Of a DNA stretch of 64,000 nt, positions 20,495 to 32,700 are shown piece after piece. The stretch comes from Lama guanicoe (lineage: Eukaryota): assembly GCA_013239625.1 (NCBI GenBank), contig MU053881.1:620001-684000 (forward strand), given 5' to 3'. The notes under the pieces were generated by a model, which was not told the origin of the DNA, did no database searches, and worked only from the letters and a program-made list of their open reading frames with translations. A program made the translations under genes and the position numbers. Each line of letters begins with the position of its first letter. Positions within the stretch are counted from its first letter, which is position 1.

Positions 20495-23213
20495 AGAATA
20501 TGTAATTCCAGCTTTTCTTTCCATAACCTTGCAAAGTTCTGCTTTCTAGATACAAAAACAAATGGAGCCCCCTGCGCAGCGCACTTGTCTGACCAGGACC
20601 CGCCGTGCGGCCTGCAGTGGGGAATCTTCCAAACCAGCAACTCTGGACAGAACAGGGAATTTTGAACCCCCTCACCCACCCCGGGGCAGCTGCTGTATTT
20701 GTTGTCCTGTTTTTGTAGCAGACAGCACCTCCTCTTCCTTGTACGGGCCCCCTCTCTGAGCGTTTCCACTCCAGGACACTGATATCAAGGTGCCTCCATG
20801 TGTTCTGTTCTTGCTACGCTGATCTCCACTTCGGGTGAGGGCCTGAAGTTATTTCTTCCAACTTCCCTGAAATAGTCTGCATGCACTAAAGTCTGCAGCC
20901 CAGCTTACAGCAACCATTCAGAGCCAATTATTCTTGACATGTGAGCACAGCCATCTGAAAAGCGGCAGGTGCACCACCACCACCAGCTTGAAGACCAAAG
21001 GGGAAAGGTCCCGTAAGGCAAACTGGTCCCACGTGCAGAAGAGTGGATTGCTTTCCAAGACATCGCCCATCATTCCTCGTGCTTATCTGGGAAGGCCTGT
21101 AACTTTTTTCTGACTTCAGCCACTAGCCTTGGACCAAACTCATAGGTAACCACCATTTTGGATCTTTCAACAGCCTTACAGCCACACTGGCATTTCCATG
21201 CCCTGATCGGCTGACTGGCCTTAAGGCTGACTAACCAGTAACACCGCTGCTGATGGTGGGGCAGTCCCACCCCAGAGATGAATGGGGGGGCCCTATCTTA
21301 CCTTGAGCATCTCCTTGGGCTGGGCTGGCAGAGGCCCCTGAGGAGCTCATGCCGCGGCATGGAGGGCACCTGGTGGAGGGCAAGACCCACCCCTCACCAT
21401 ATGCAACATATATCCTTTGTGCTTTTCATTGAACACATGCTGGGCGTGTGCTGACTGTGCTTTCTCAGCATGCCTTCCCTCCTTTTAACAGCACCTCCTT
21501 CCTTTGGGGAGCCCCCGCTCCCATCCCACGTGGCCATGAACTGGTCTCCCCCAGAGCTCCAGCTGGCTCCCTGCCAGCACGTGGTCTCCATGAAGTGCCT
21601 CCTTCGAGGGGCCTGTCCTGCCCATCACAGGTGAAGTCTTTCAGGCCTCACCTCCCCTCGGCAGCCCCAGTGCCCTCTATCTTATCCTGACACTTGTCAG
21701 CTTCTTCCTGACACTTAGCATTCCGGAATCACCTGTCGTTTATGACGTCCCCTTCACACGAGACTGAAGCTCCACGGAGCAGGGCCGGGCTCTCCTACAC
21801 CGCTGCTACACTCCCTGCTTCTAACACGACACCTGTCCACAGCACGTGCCGTAAACACGAGCCGAGTCAGCTGTCCCTCCCCTGCCTGCCTCCCCACTGC
21901 ACGGGCCTGGCTGGTGACTGACAAGACACAGGAGCTGCTGAGATAGGAGCCATCTGGCCACTCCTGAGGCCTGGCTTGTTCAAGACCTTCTTTGATTCTG
22001 GAAGCTACCTGGTGGCCTTAAAAACAGGCCGGGCGGCAGGGAATTTTCGGGGTTTTATTAGCCAGATTTTTTTCTATTGGCTCCCAACAGAAGCAGCCCA
22101 ACTAAACCAGCACTCCAAGTTACTACGTTCAAAACCTTTGTAAATATTTAAAATAGCTGCATTGCATCTGGTTAAACAACACGCGCCGCACTTCCTTAGC
22201 CAAGCCCCTCTGGCAGCCTCTGCCCTCCTGGCTTTCCACAGTTGCACATGCCGCTGCTCTGCGCCCAGGATTATTTTCAAGGGTGGCTTCTCAGAACTGG
22301 AATGGTTGGGTTGGACAGATGGCATGGACATTTTAAGGAGCTTGCTACCTTTTCCAAAATTTCTTCCCACAAGAGGTTGCAGCGCGGCTGGCCCCAGCAC
22401 GCCGCAGCCGGCGAGGGGTGCTGCTCAGCTCCCGGACCTGTGAGCAGAGCTATCTCCCCCGTCCTCGCCTGCACCCCCACCCCACACACGCACGTCCTGT
22501 GCACTCTCAGCCAAGGCTTCCTGGGTCCTGAGTTTTTCCTTTACCCGCCTTACAGACAGGCTCTATTTGAGTTTCAGTAATCAAATCGTTTTATTCTATC
22601 ACATGACAGGCTTCCTTACCCGGACTCCCTGGGAGCTCCCGCTTGTCCAGGTCTGACCCACTTCCAGCCTATGGCTGAGATGAGAGGTCACCCAGAAGAC
22701 TTACCTTCCAGGTTCCCAGTGTGGCTTCTGCCAGTGTCATCCGAAGCCCCTTCACAGTGTGACACTGACAGGAGCGGGTGGATGAATCTGCCAGAGCACA
22801 CGTTCTCACAATAGAAAAGGAAAACTAAGTAAGCCCTAGAGAACGGTGCCGAGGGTGAGCCTAAGCGTTTAAGTGAAGTATCTGAATGGCTGAGGAGCTG
22901 GACTAACCTTGAGTTATTGGGTCCAACTCCCTCACGTTAGACACAAGGACATGGACGAGCCCCAGAGAGGGAAGAGGCCAGTGGTCCTGGGTGATGTCCT
23001 TGCTAATCTCATAGTGACCATCAAAACACAGAAGTTACTTCGAGGGAAACCAAACCAAATGTGCCCACCACCAATACGTGTTAATAAAGTAGCTACATCA
23101 CAAGAGGAAAGCAGCTACTGAACACAGCAGCTGTGCGCCGGCCCGCCTCCTACCCTGCTGGCACGGCCGTGCGAAGTGACATACACGGGCAGTTTCCATA
23201 CTAGCAAAATACT

Positions 23214-23219
23214 TTTATT
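23214..23219 (-). terminator. MAML1 distal polyadenylation signal (alternatives at 23481-23486 and 23661-23666)
   Basis: TTTATT on plus at the end of an AT-rich 3'UTR block, about 2.5 kb past the stop. Confidence 0.65.
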
Positions 23220-25721
23220 TTAAAATGATAAAACAAGGAAAGTAAAGATTTCTTTTTGGTGTATACCAGTTAAGAGAAGTAGAAGAATAAGGGGATTAAT
23301 AGGATTTTCATGTACTTTGATGACAGTAAAAAGTTAACAATACCAATTGTTCGCCATAAAACATCATAGCTCCCCCAAAACACATATATAAAGGATCACT
23401 GTTTTAGAATCTATAAAAGTAAAAAATATACAGTCAGAAGCTCTAACGCTTATTCCACCTTTAATATAAAATTGTAAACATTTATTTACACAAAGCAAAT
23501 GTGTATAACAAAAGTCCGAGCACCCTTTTCTTTTGAGTCATGGCTCCTGGAAGATGGGGATTTGCACTGAAGTGGAGTTGTCTCCTTCCCTGACTACCCA
23601 AAAACCAGATTCATAAATAAAGCCACGGGCAGCTCCCTGGGGGGACCCCAAGCATCACATTTTATTGCTCTGACACTGCAGCAAGTGAGAAGCCTGCTGT
23701 CTGTTTGGCGGCCCCAGGACTAAGGCAGGGGCAGCCCTCCCCAGAAGGCGGAGGCAGAGGTGCGAGCGCCTGGGGACAGAGGTGAGCAGCAGCCAGAGGG
23801 GCACCGGGAGAGGAACAAGGACCCGCCACCAGCCTTCAGCCCACTATTTTTGGTAGAAAATCCGCTGAAGTCACCCTCTTCCCCTTCATATTGGGGAACT
23901 CACGCAGAGGGTGGGATCTTCACTGGCTTAATGATTCATTCCCTTCTTTGAGAGCTAAATTCAGCGTCTGGGGAAAGTGGGGAGGACATTTAAAGGGGAA
24001 TGGCCCGAACACCACGCTCACGGTGGCAAATGGCTATTAGAGAAGAGGCTCTGAGGGTCCAAGTACCCCCATGAAAGGCACTGCTGGCGCAAAACAATTA
24101 CCAATGTGTGTACGACCCTCCACCCCCTCAAAGCCACTCAAGCTGGTCGTGTGAATATTTTCCTTGGCTCAATTCTTTACTTATGATACTCCTTGAATTA
24201 CCCATTTTGAGACTCCCGGGAAATACAAGTGGGGTTGTGGTTTCTCCTGAGACCACTCTGCATGTCAAGCCACCCTTTTCAGTGTACTACCTTCTCTCCA
24301 ACACTCTGTGTGAAAGGGTCCGCCCTGCACTCGCCATTCTGCTTTCGTTATACCGAAGTGCTCTGTCTTCCTTCTCCACACACAGCCCACAGGTAATAAT
24401 CTGTTTTGTGGACTCTTAGCTTAGTCAAGTCCATTCGTTCACAGACCTTGAAGAGAAATCCACTTGAATCTTTAGAAAGGATGTATTAGTGTTATAAAGC
24501 AATTCTCTTTAAAAAGTGCAAGTCGTTTGACGAGGGAGTGGCAGAAGCAGTAAAATACAGTGGAATTCTTTCCTCTGGCCTCGCCTGCGTCCCCTCGGCC
24601 AAACAGGGCCCACCTTTTTCTCCTTTTCCCAAACCTCTGCCTTCTGGGGAGGGGTACCCTCCTCCTCGCAATGCCACGGTTCCCTCTAAGGAGTTTTGAT
24701 GATTCTTTCCCCTCCAATCTAGTAAATCTGTGCTTACGAGGTTTTTCCACTTGGGCTGGAGAGAGAAAGAAGGGGAGGCAGAGAGAAAGGTCAGGTGAAC
24801 TGAAGACGGGGTGAAGACAAGACATCTGTGCGTAACTCAACAATGATCCCCCTCCCAACACGTTATACAGGAGTTTTCAGAGACACTGCAACAGGTGGGA
24901 AGTTACAACAAAAGAGGACACAGTAACCCAATGACTCCATCTTAGCACTTAGCCTGGGGGCCTGCCACCAACACACATGGGAAATTCTTCCGCCCAGGTC
25001 CTCCTAACTGCCCACCCGCGTTCTGGAAGGAGGAGCTGCTGGGAAGACCCATCTGTGTCACTAGTTCTGCATCTTGTTCCTTTTTGGCACTTGCAGTCAC
25101 AGCCTGCACTTACGGAAATGATTTTCCACTGAGCCTCCTTTCCCCTGAAAGCTGACAAAGAGCAGGAATAAAAAAGGCTCTTAATCAAAAGGAAACACTA
25201 GGTTTCCAATGCCACTTAATCACTTTAAACCGTCACCTATCCTAATCTGTTTTAAAACCTTAAAAAATTTAAAAAATCTTTTCTACCCTACAAATTGCGA
25301 ATAGTTCTGCTATAAAGTTTCAACAAAAATTTGTCCCCAACATTGGGGCAAGTGGAGAAATCTTGGATTAAGTCAACACAATGGCACAGATTTTTAGAAG
25401 CCTGACATCATGGGGTTTCATTGTTGGTTTTTTGGTCATTTGGATAGAAAACCACCTGCAGAACCCTGTCCTGCTGTCCCAACACCAGGTAGCGATGCCA
25501 GCAGATGGGGTGGGGCCAGCCCGACAGCCCACAGCTGCTGGCAGGGAGCCATGGGCCCCATTGACTCTGGGAGGGCCGGCCTTGGCCCTGGGGCTCTAGC
25601 TCCACCCACCCGCCCAGCTCCCCGGGGCCCTGGGCTTTTGGTCCAAAGCAGTTGCTCCTTCTTGCATCTGAGAGCAAAAATATAGGGTGTATGAACACTG
25701 ACACCACCACAAATTCTCCCG

Positions 25722-26701
25722 TTACTGAGGCCCTAAAAGGTCGTCCAATTCATTCATCCACTCCTCCGAAGTCCTGTTCTTCAGCAAGGAGTCGATCAAG
25801 TCAGCATCTCCAGCCATGCCGGCCAGCCCACTGCCGCCCGGCTGCCCGCTGTAGGCAAAGGGCAGCTCCTGGCCTGCGGTCCGCACAGGGTAGGCCTGGG
25901 CGCAGTGCAACCCTGCCCGCCCGCCCATCGCTGGGGCGGGGCTCTGGCTGAAGGCCCCCAGCTCAGGCCCGGCTGGGCTCAGGCCCGGCAAGCCTTGCGG
26001 TGGGGCTCCCTGGGGAGGTGCTGGGGCAGGGGCACTGGTCCTCTGCTGTGCGCTCACAGGGGGCAGCATGGACCCTGCTGCGGCTGCCGAGCTCAGGGGG
26101 GCCATGGGCCTGCTGGGCATCGCCTGGGAGAACTGCGGGCTGGACATTTTCAGGTGGGCCTGCTGCATGTGGAAACTGGAAGCCGCAGTGAAGGGGCTTA
26201 CGGTGTTGTTCCCTGGGGTTTGGCCACTCAGGTTTGGCACTCCCTGATGCTGCCATGAGGGAGTCTGGCCTCCCATGGTCGCCGACACCCGTGGGACCTG
26301 TGGCTTAGTTAAACCAGAGTTCAGGGGCCCCTTACTGTGCTGTTGGGAGAGACCAGAGTTCCCCAGAGAGTTCTGCCCATAGGCAGCTGAAACCGAGGTG
26401 TTCTGGCCCATGCTGGTCTGCCGCGGAATGTGGGCATGTCCGTTGGTGGCCTGCGGCGGAGGCTGGGCCACTATCTGGGTTATACCAGAAGCCATGCCAT
26501 AGAGGCTGCTCTGCGGCATGCTCTGGGAGCCAGCGAACTGAGCCACGCCGCGGTCCTGCTGGCCTGAGTTTGACGGGAGGGAAGAAACCGAAGTGTGTGC
26601 AGGGCCCATTGGCATCAGACTCCCGGCCTGAGAGAACACTCGAGGGCAGCTGGCATTAGACGGACCCAAGCTGCTCATGCCAGGCATGGCAGTGGAGGAC
26701 C
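25722..26701 (-). CDS. MAML1: MAML1 exon 5 coding part (C-terminal acidic activation domain)
   Basis: ttccag|GGTCC...TAA; core of ORF 25722..26750. Confidence 0.96.
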
Positions 26702-29700
26702 CTGGAAGACAGAAAACTCTGTCAGTAAGCGGGCACTTCTTGGCCACCACTGCAGAGACACACCGGAGCCCAGGCTGCAGCCGTTATCCTAGAGACATGA
26801 AGGCACAATCAGAACATCATACATCTCATGTCGGGGAGAGCCCGGGGGCTGGACCAATGAGGAGACTGAGACAGGAGAGGCGAGCGGTGTGGCTAGGGTG
26901 TGGGGACAGCATCCAGAGATAAGCTGCAGGCGCGGTTCTGGGCAGACTCAGGAGAGCTGCAGCCACCACGTGAGGGACAGGGTCGCAAAGCCAAAGGGGA
27001 ACTGGACTGTGACTCTGTTTTAGACCTTGCTGGGCAGGGACTGTTAAAATCACTTAGATGAGGGGCCTGTGCAATGTGGCACTACAGGGTGGTGGCTGGG
27101 GAAGAGTCTAGAAGACATTTACCGAGCACCTGCTCTGTGGGGGGTGCTGTGCTGGGGAGACAGCACGGAATGGGACAAAGCGGTCCTGTCCTCAGAGAAC
27201 TTGCTGTCTGGGACTCTGTCTTCAGCAGTGGATGCACAGTGACAGCACTCACCTGAGACGCTTTCTTGTGGGTAGGAGAGCGGCTGTGCAGGGACTGGCC
27301 GTAACTGAGCACCTTTTTCTCCTCTCCCTCTCTCCACTAGAACCTAACTAAAAGCTTTGTTGAGGAAAACAGAAGAGCTGAAAGAGTCCACTTCTCTCCC
27401 ACTGACAGCCCACAACAACACGAGATGGGCTGGAGGCAGGAAGGCTGGCGAGACCCAGGCTCCCGAGAGGCCTGCAGACTTCAGCTCCCTGGTCCCGGTC
27501 AGCACACACACAAAACTCCAGCTGTCTCCTCCAGAAGGCACGGCTGCAGTCAGTTTCTCTGGGACACTCTATAGTGAGAATCACTGGGGAGGGTGTGGCT
27601 CAGCGGTAGAGTGCGTGCTTAGCATGCCTGAGGTCCTGGGTTCAATCCCCAGTACTTACATTAAAATAAATAAATAAAAATAAACCTAATTGCCCCCCCC
27701 AAATAAATAAAATAAATCTAATGGTATAGTGAGAATCACTGACCAAGAAAAGCACAGATTTCAAAGATATTCTCAGAACTAGGAAGACAGGTGTGGCCTA
27801 CATTTTACTGCACATGTCAAATGAAATCTGTTTCTGGAGCGACAGCCTGCACAGAGGCAGTCGGGCTCCCTGGCATGTCTGAGATGCGGCAGCTGACATC
27901 TCAGGACGCCTCCTGCCCCTTTCTGGCCAACTGTCTGCTGCTGATACTGCTACCCACCAGGCTGATATGAGCAAACAGGAAGAAAGGAAAAAAAGCAAAA
28001 AGACACACAAGTGCATTAAGTCTCTCTTTATCTGTAAAATTGGAGAGGGTCATTTTTCAAAGAAACATGTAACAGCGAAGCAGAGGACTTTCTTAAGAAT
28101 TACAGAAGCCATTTCCTGTTGATAAGATCTCCTCCATCTTGGGGGAGGGTGTGGCTCAGCGGTAGAGAGCATGCTTAGCATGCACGAGGTCCTGGGTGCA
28201 ATATCCAGTACCTCAGTCGAAAATCAACAAATAAATAAATCTAATTACCTCTCCCTGCAAAAAAAGAAAGAAAGAAAAAGAAAAAGATATCCTCCATTTG
28301 GAAATGATTTTGCTTCAAAACACTGTATAGCCAGGGACACAGCCATGGCACTCAGCTGAAGTGGTCTGCCTCTATGAACATGCCCTGACCTGTAGGGTAG
28401 CCAGAAAGCTAGGCCCCTTGTGCAGACTGAGGTTACACGAGCAAGTAAATCCACTCAGTACCTACAGCATAAAGCTGGGCGGACAGCAGGAACTCGGCAG
28501 GAGGAGAACCACTCTGTCCGGTGCCTGCCTCCCTCTGCCCTCCTCCATCACCTCAGATTCTCCTCACCTGTGAACTGGCCAACCTGTGGTGGGAAGGTGC
28601 CCTGGGTTGGATCTTGGTACTGGGGTGGCGGGCGAGTCAGATGGCGCTGAAACTGCTGCTTCTCCTAGAAAATGCCAAGAACAACAGAACAAAACAGTAA
28701 GAACCACACAAAACAGAAAGAGTTAAAACTGTCCAAGTTTGTTACTCAGAAGGACTCCTGTGGAAATAATGCTTGTATAATCTCATCTCGGGGATTCTTT
28801 TTTTTTTAAACGTTTTTTTATTGAGTTATAGTCATTTTACAATGTTGTGTGAAATTCCAGTGTAGAGCACAATTTTTCAGTTATACATGAACATACGTAC
28901 ATACATTGTCACATTTTTTTTTTGCTGTGAGCTACCACAAGATCTTGTATATATTTCCCTGTGCTATACAGTATAATCTTCTTTACCTATTCTGCATGTG
29001 CCTGTCAGTATCCACAAATTTTGAACTCCCAGTCTATCCCTCCCCTCTCCATCTTGGCAACCACAAATTTGTATTCTATGTTTATGAGTCAGTTTCTGTT
29101 TTGTATTTATGTTCTTTTTTTTTAAGATTCCACAAATGAGTGATCTCATATGGTATTTTTCTTTCTCTTTCTGGCTTACTTCACTTAGAATGACATTCTC
29201 CAGGAACATCCATGTTGCTGCAAACAGTGTTATGTTATCATTTTTATGGCTGAATAGTATTCCATTATATAAATATACCACTGCTTCTTTATCCAGTCAT
29301 CTGTTGATGGACGTTTAGGCTGTTTCCATGTCTTGGCTATTGTAAACAGTGCTGCTATGAACACTGGGGTGTAGGTGTCTTTCTGAAGTAGGGTTCCTTC
29401 TGAATATATGCCCAGAAGTAGGATTACTGGGTCATATGGTAAGTCTATTCCTAGTCTTTTGAGAAATCTCCATACTATTTTCTGGGGGATTCTTAATAAA
29501 CAGTATGGAACAGAAGGATGGGGTGGATCTAAGGAGCAATGATTTAAAAAAAAAAAAAAAGGTGGTGTATCGGTTTTAAAAAAGTAGAGGGCAGACCAGG
29601 GAAATGCAGATCAGAGCCACAGTGAGGTACCATTTCACACCTACTAGGATGGCTAGAATCAAAGACAGATAAGTGTGGTGAGGATGTGGAGAAACTGGCC

Positions 29701-32700
29701 CCTCATACACTACTGTGGGAATGAAAAATGGTGCAACTGCTTTGGAAAACAGCCTGGCTGTTCCTCAAAAGATAAAACTGAAGAGTTACCATTCGACCCA
29801 GCAATTCCATCCCTAGGTATACACTCAGGAGAACTGAAAACCTGTGCCCACAAAAAGGGGAAACAACCCAAATGTCCATGAATAGATGAACAGATAAATA
29901 GTATTCATACAACAGAATATTACTCAGCCATAAAAAGGACTGCAGTACTGGTACATGCTACAGCATGCTTGAACCTTAAATGCATTTATATGAAATGTCC
30001 AGAACAGGCAAATCGATAGAGACAAAAAGTAGATTAGTGGTTGCCTAGGCTTAGGGAGACAGAGGAATAACTTTTAATGGGTATAGGGTTCTTTTTAGGT
30101 GAAGAAATGTTCTAAAATTGACTGTGGTGATGGCTGTCAACTGTGAATACACTAAAAGCCATGTGAACTGTACACTTTAAATGGGTGAATTGTGTGTCAT
30201 GTGAACTATATCCCAATAAAGCTGTTATTTAAAAAATGGCAGAACTGTGGCAGTAATGTGGGCTGTAAAGTCATTTCAATCAACTTTACCCTCTGGGTAG
30301 CTAGGTCTGCTCTTATGTCTTAAGGATACAGTTCTAAATCCTGAGAACTGCTGTAAAGTTGGTACCTGCATGCTCACTCGGTGACCAAGCAGGGGAACTA
30401 CAGGCCTGGGAGGGGGCTTGTCAGTCCTGATTCTAGAACCCCCGGACCTCAGCAATGTCTCCGTTTCCCTGCTTCATGTCCTGGCTTAGCAAGCTCTACA
30501 TTTACAACCAGGCTGGGTCCTGTGGCAAACTGGCGGACTGTGAGTTCAGTGCTTCAGTAGCTGCCGACAGGAACATGGAAAAATGTTCCAAACACATACG
30601 GTTTTAGCCACAGATTTGGTCTCCATTAATCCCCACTAAGTGACACAAAGCTGCTCTCACACAGGCTACCCTGTGTGAGGAATGAATGCCACACTCCTGG
30701 AAAGCGGCTTAAAAGAGCAAAGTAGTCTAACACCAGACGTGCACACGCTCACAAACCCACATACACACAAGCGGAGTCTGCAGCCACCGCAGCGGCTTGG
30801 GAGGCAGGCAAGCGTGGGAGGGGGCTGCGGGCTTTGCGTCCACCTTTTTTCTTTTACCTGTTCTGCCAGAAGGTGCTGCTGCCTTTGCAAGAACTGCTGC
30901 TGCTGCAAATGCTTCTGCTGCTGCTCCCTCTGCTTCTGCTGGTCCAACAGCAACTGATGCTGCTTCATGACAGCTGCCTGCTGCTGGTTACTGAGATACG
31001 GGGTGCTGCTGTGAGTGCTGGCCACAGACACGGCAGGCGGCTGGGTCCCCACGCTTGTGGCCTGGGTTGGAACAGGGACGCTGGGAGGGTTCTGCTCCTG
31101 TCAACGCAGAGAAGGGAGTCTCAAGTCAGGTGGGACACGGTGAAGTCCGTGAGCCCTGACCACAGTGGATGAGCTCTGGCCGGCAGAAGCCCGGCTCGAG
31201 GCCTTCTCCTGAAGCCTCTGCTTCCCTGCAGGTGACTCCAGGGCAACCACCCTCCACTGTGAGGCCGGGGACTGAAGGCACTAGCACCCGAGTATCCAGG
31301 CACAGCAGTGGACAGTTACCAGCTGCGTCTTCACTTTGTTTCTTACAATTCACCAGGGGCAAAGGTGTGCTTTTACATTTAAGCTCGTGCATCTACATCC
31401 CATGCTTCCACTGGCAGCTGCAGCTCAGAAATGCCCCCTTGCTGGAATGCGTGGTGCAAACGAGCCCCTAAGGGAGGAATATCCTGAGGGGCCCTGGCTG
31501 ACGGAGACGCTGCATTCTGAGTGTGCAAACCTTAGGTCCCTGCTGGAAAGGCTGTCCCTGAACCACCTGAAACTGTATGGTTTGTCCACCTGTGGACAGC
31601 ATTCTCCTGGGAAGAGGTTCCTGGCCTTTGTCAAACATTAATGCTCAAAAAATACTGAGCATTAGTGAGAACTTTATAGGATATTCGCTATCATTACCTG
31701 GGCCTAAAGTAAGAGTCATGTTAAAGGTTAGCACAGTATTATCCCAATATCACTACCTACATTTAAAAGAAAAGGGGAAATTTTAACTCAAGACAGGAAA
31801 AAGGCAAAAAGGAACTACCATTTATGCAAATTCAAATTTCTGAGCTCCTTTCCAATCCTTATGCGTCTGTATATTTAGTCCTTACAAGGTTCTAATCTTA
31901 GAGCACACTGATCTTGAGGTAATCTCCTCATCCCAGTCACCAGATGCTCAGACTCACGAGTGCCCTGTGAGGTGCCAGTGCCGCTGAAATGGCAGTCACC
32001 ACCACGTGCTCTTTCCTGGGTCGCCCTTTTTTTTTTTTTTAATGTTTTTTCCTTCTGGTCGGGAGGTAATTAGGTTTTATTTGTCTTTTAATGGCAGTAC
32101 TGGGGACTGAACCCAGGACCTTGTGCACGCTAGGCACGCGCTCCACCCCTGGGCCGTACGCTCCCCACGCTGGCTTGCTCTTGGTGGCTGCGCAGCAGCT
32201 CAGTGGCTGAAGCAGGTACAAGTGCGAACATTCACATGTGCATTCTCTGGCTGGGAGGTGACCACACTGCTCCCAGCTTTCAGCTATTAGAAATAATCAT
32301 GCAATGACTATTGTGCACATAGCTTTCTTTCTTCAGATTACTTCTTGCAGGGGTATAATGTGTTTATGCTTATAAACATTTTTACGGCTTATGAAAAATT
32401 GTCAGTTTACTCTCCAAAAGCATTCTGTCCCTTTACACACCCTCACTACTGTCTGAGCATGTCAATTTCCTCACAGTATTACTAGCACTGAGGTTTTAAT
32501 GTTTAATTTTTAAACCTGCAGAGTGCTACAAATACACAAGGGTACACATAAAGGTACTCAAAGGGGACAGTAATGCAGGACACCCACCCAGCTGCATGTG
32601 GCACAGCTGTGGGCGTGAAGGCAGTCCAGGACACACTGTGCAGTGAGAAAAGCAAGCGCACTCCCCTCTAACTGTGAGGAAGTTGGAGAACACTCTGTGT

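Noticed and set aside
21296..22710. Strong minus-strand donor motifs (AAG|GTAAGT at 22705, AAG|GTAAGA at 21302) hinting at MAML1-LTC4S read-through exons
   Set aside because: No paired acceptor or coding signal could be established, and such motifs occur by chance; needs RNA data
30858..30990. CAG/CTG-rich tract as an unstable expansion
   Set aside because: Short, interrupted Gln runs normal for MAML1 exon 3
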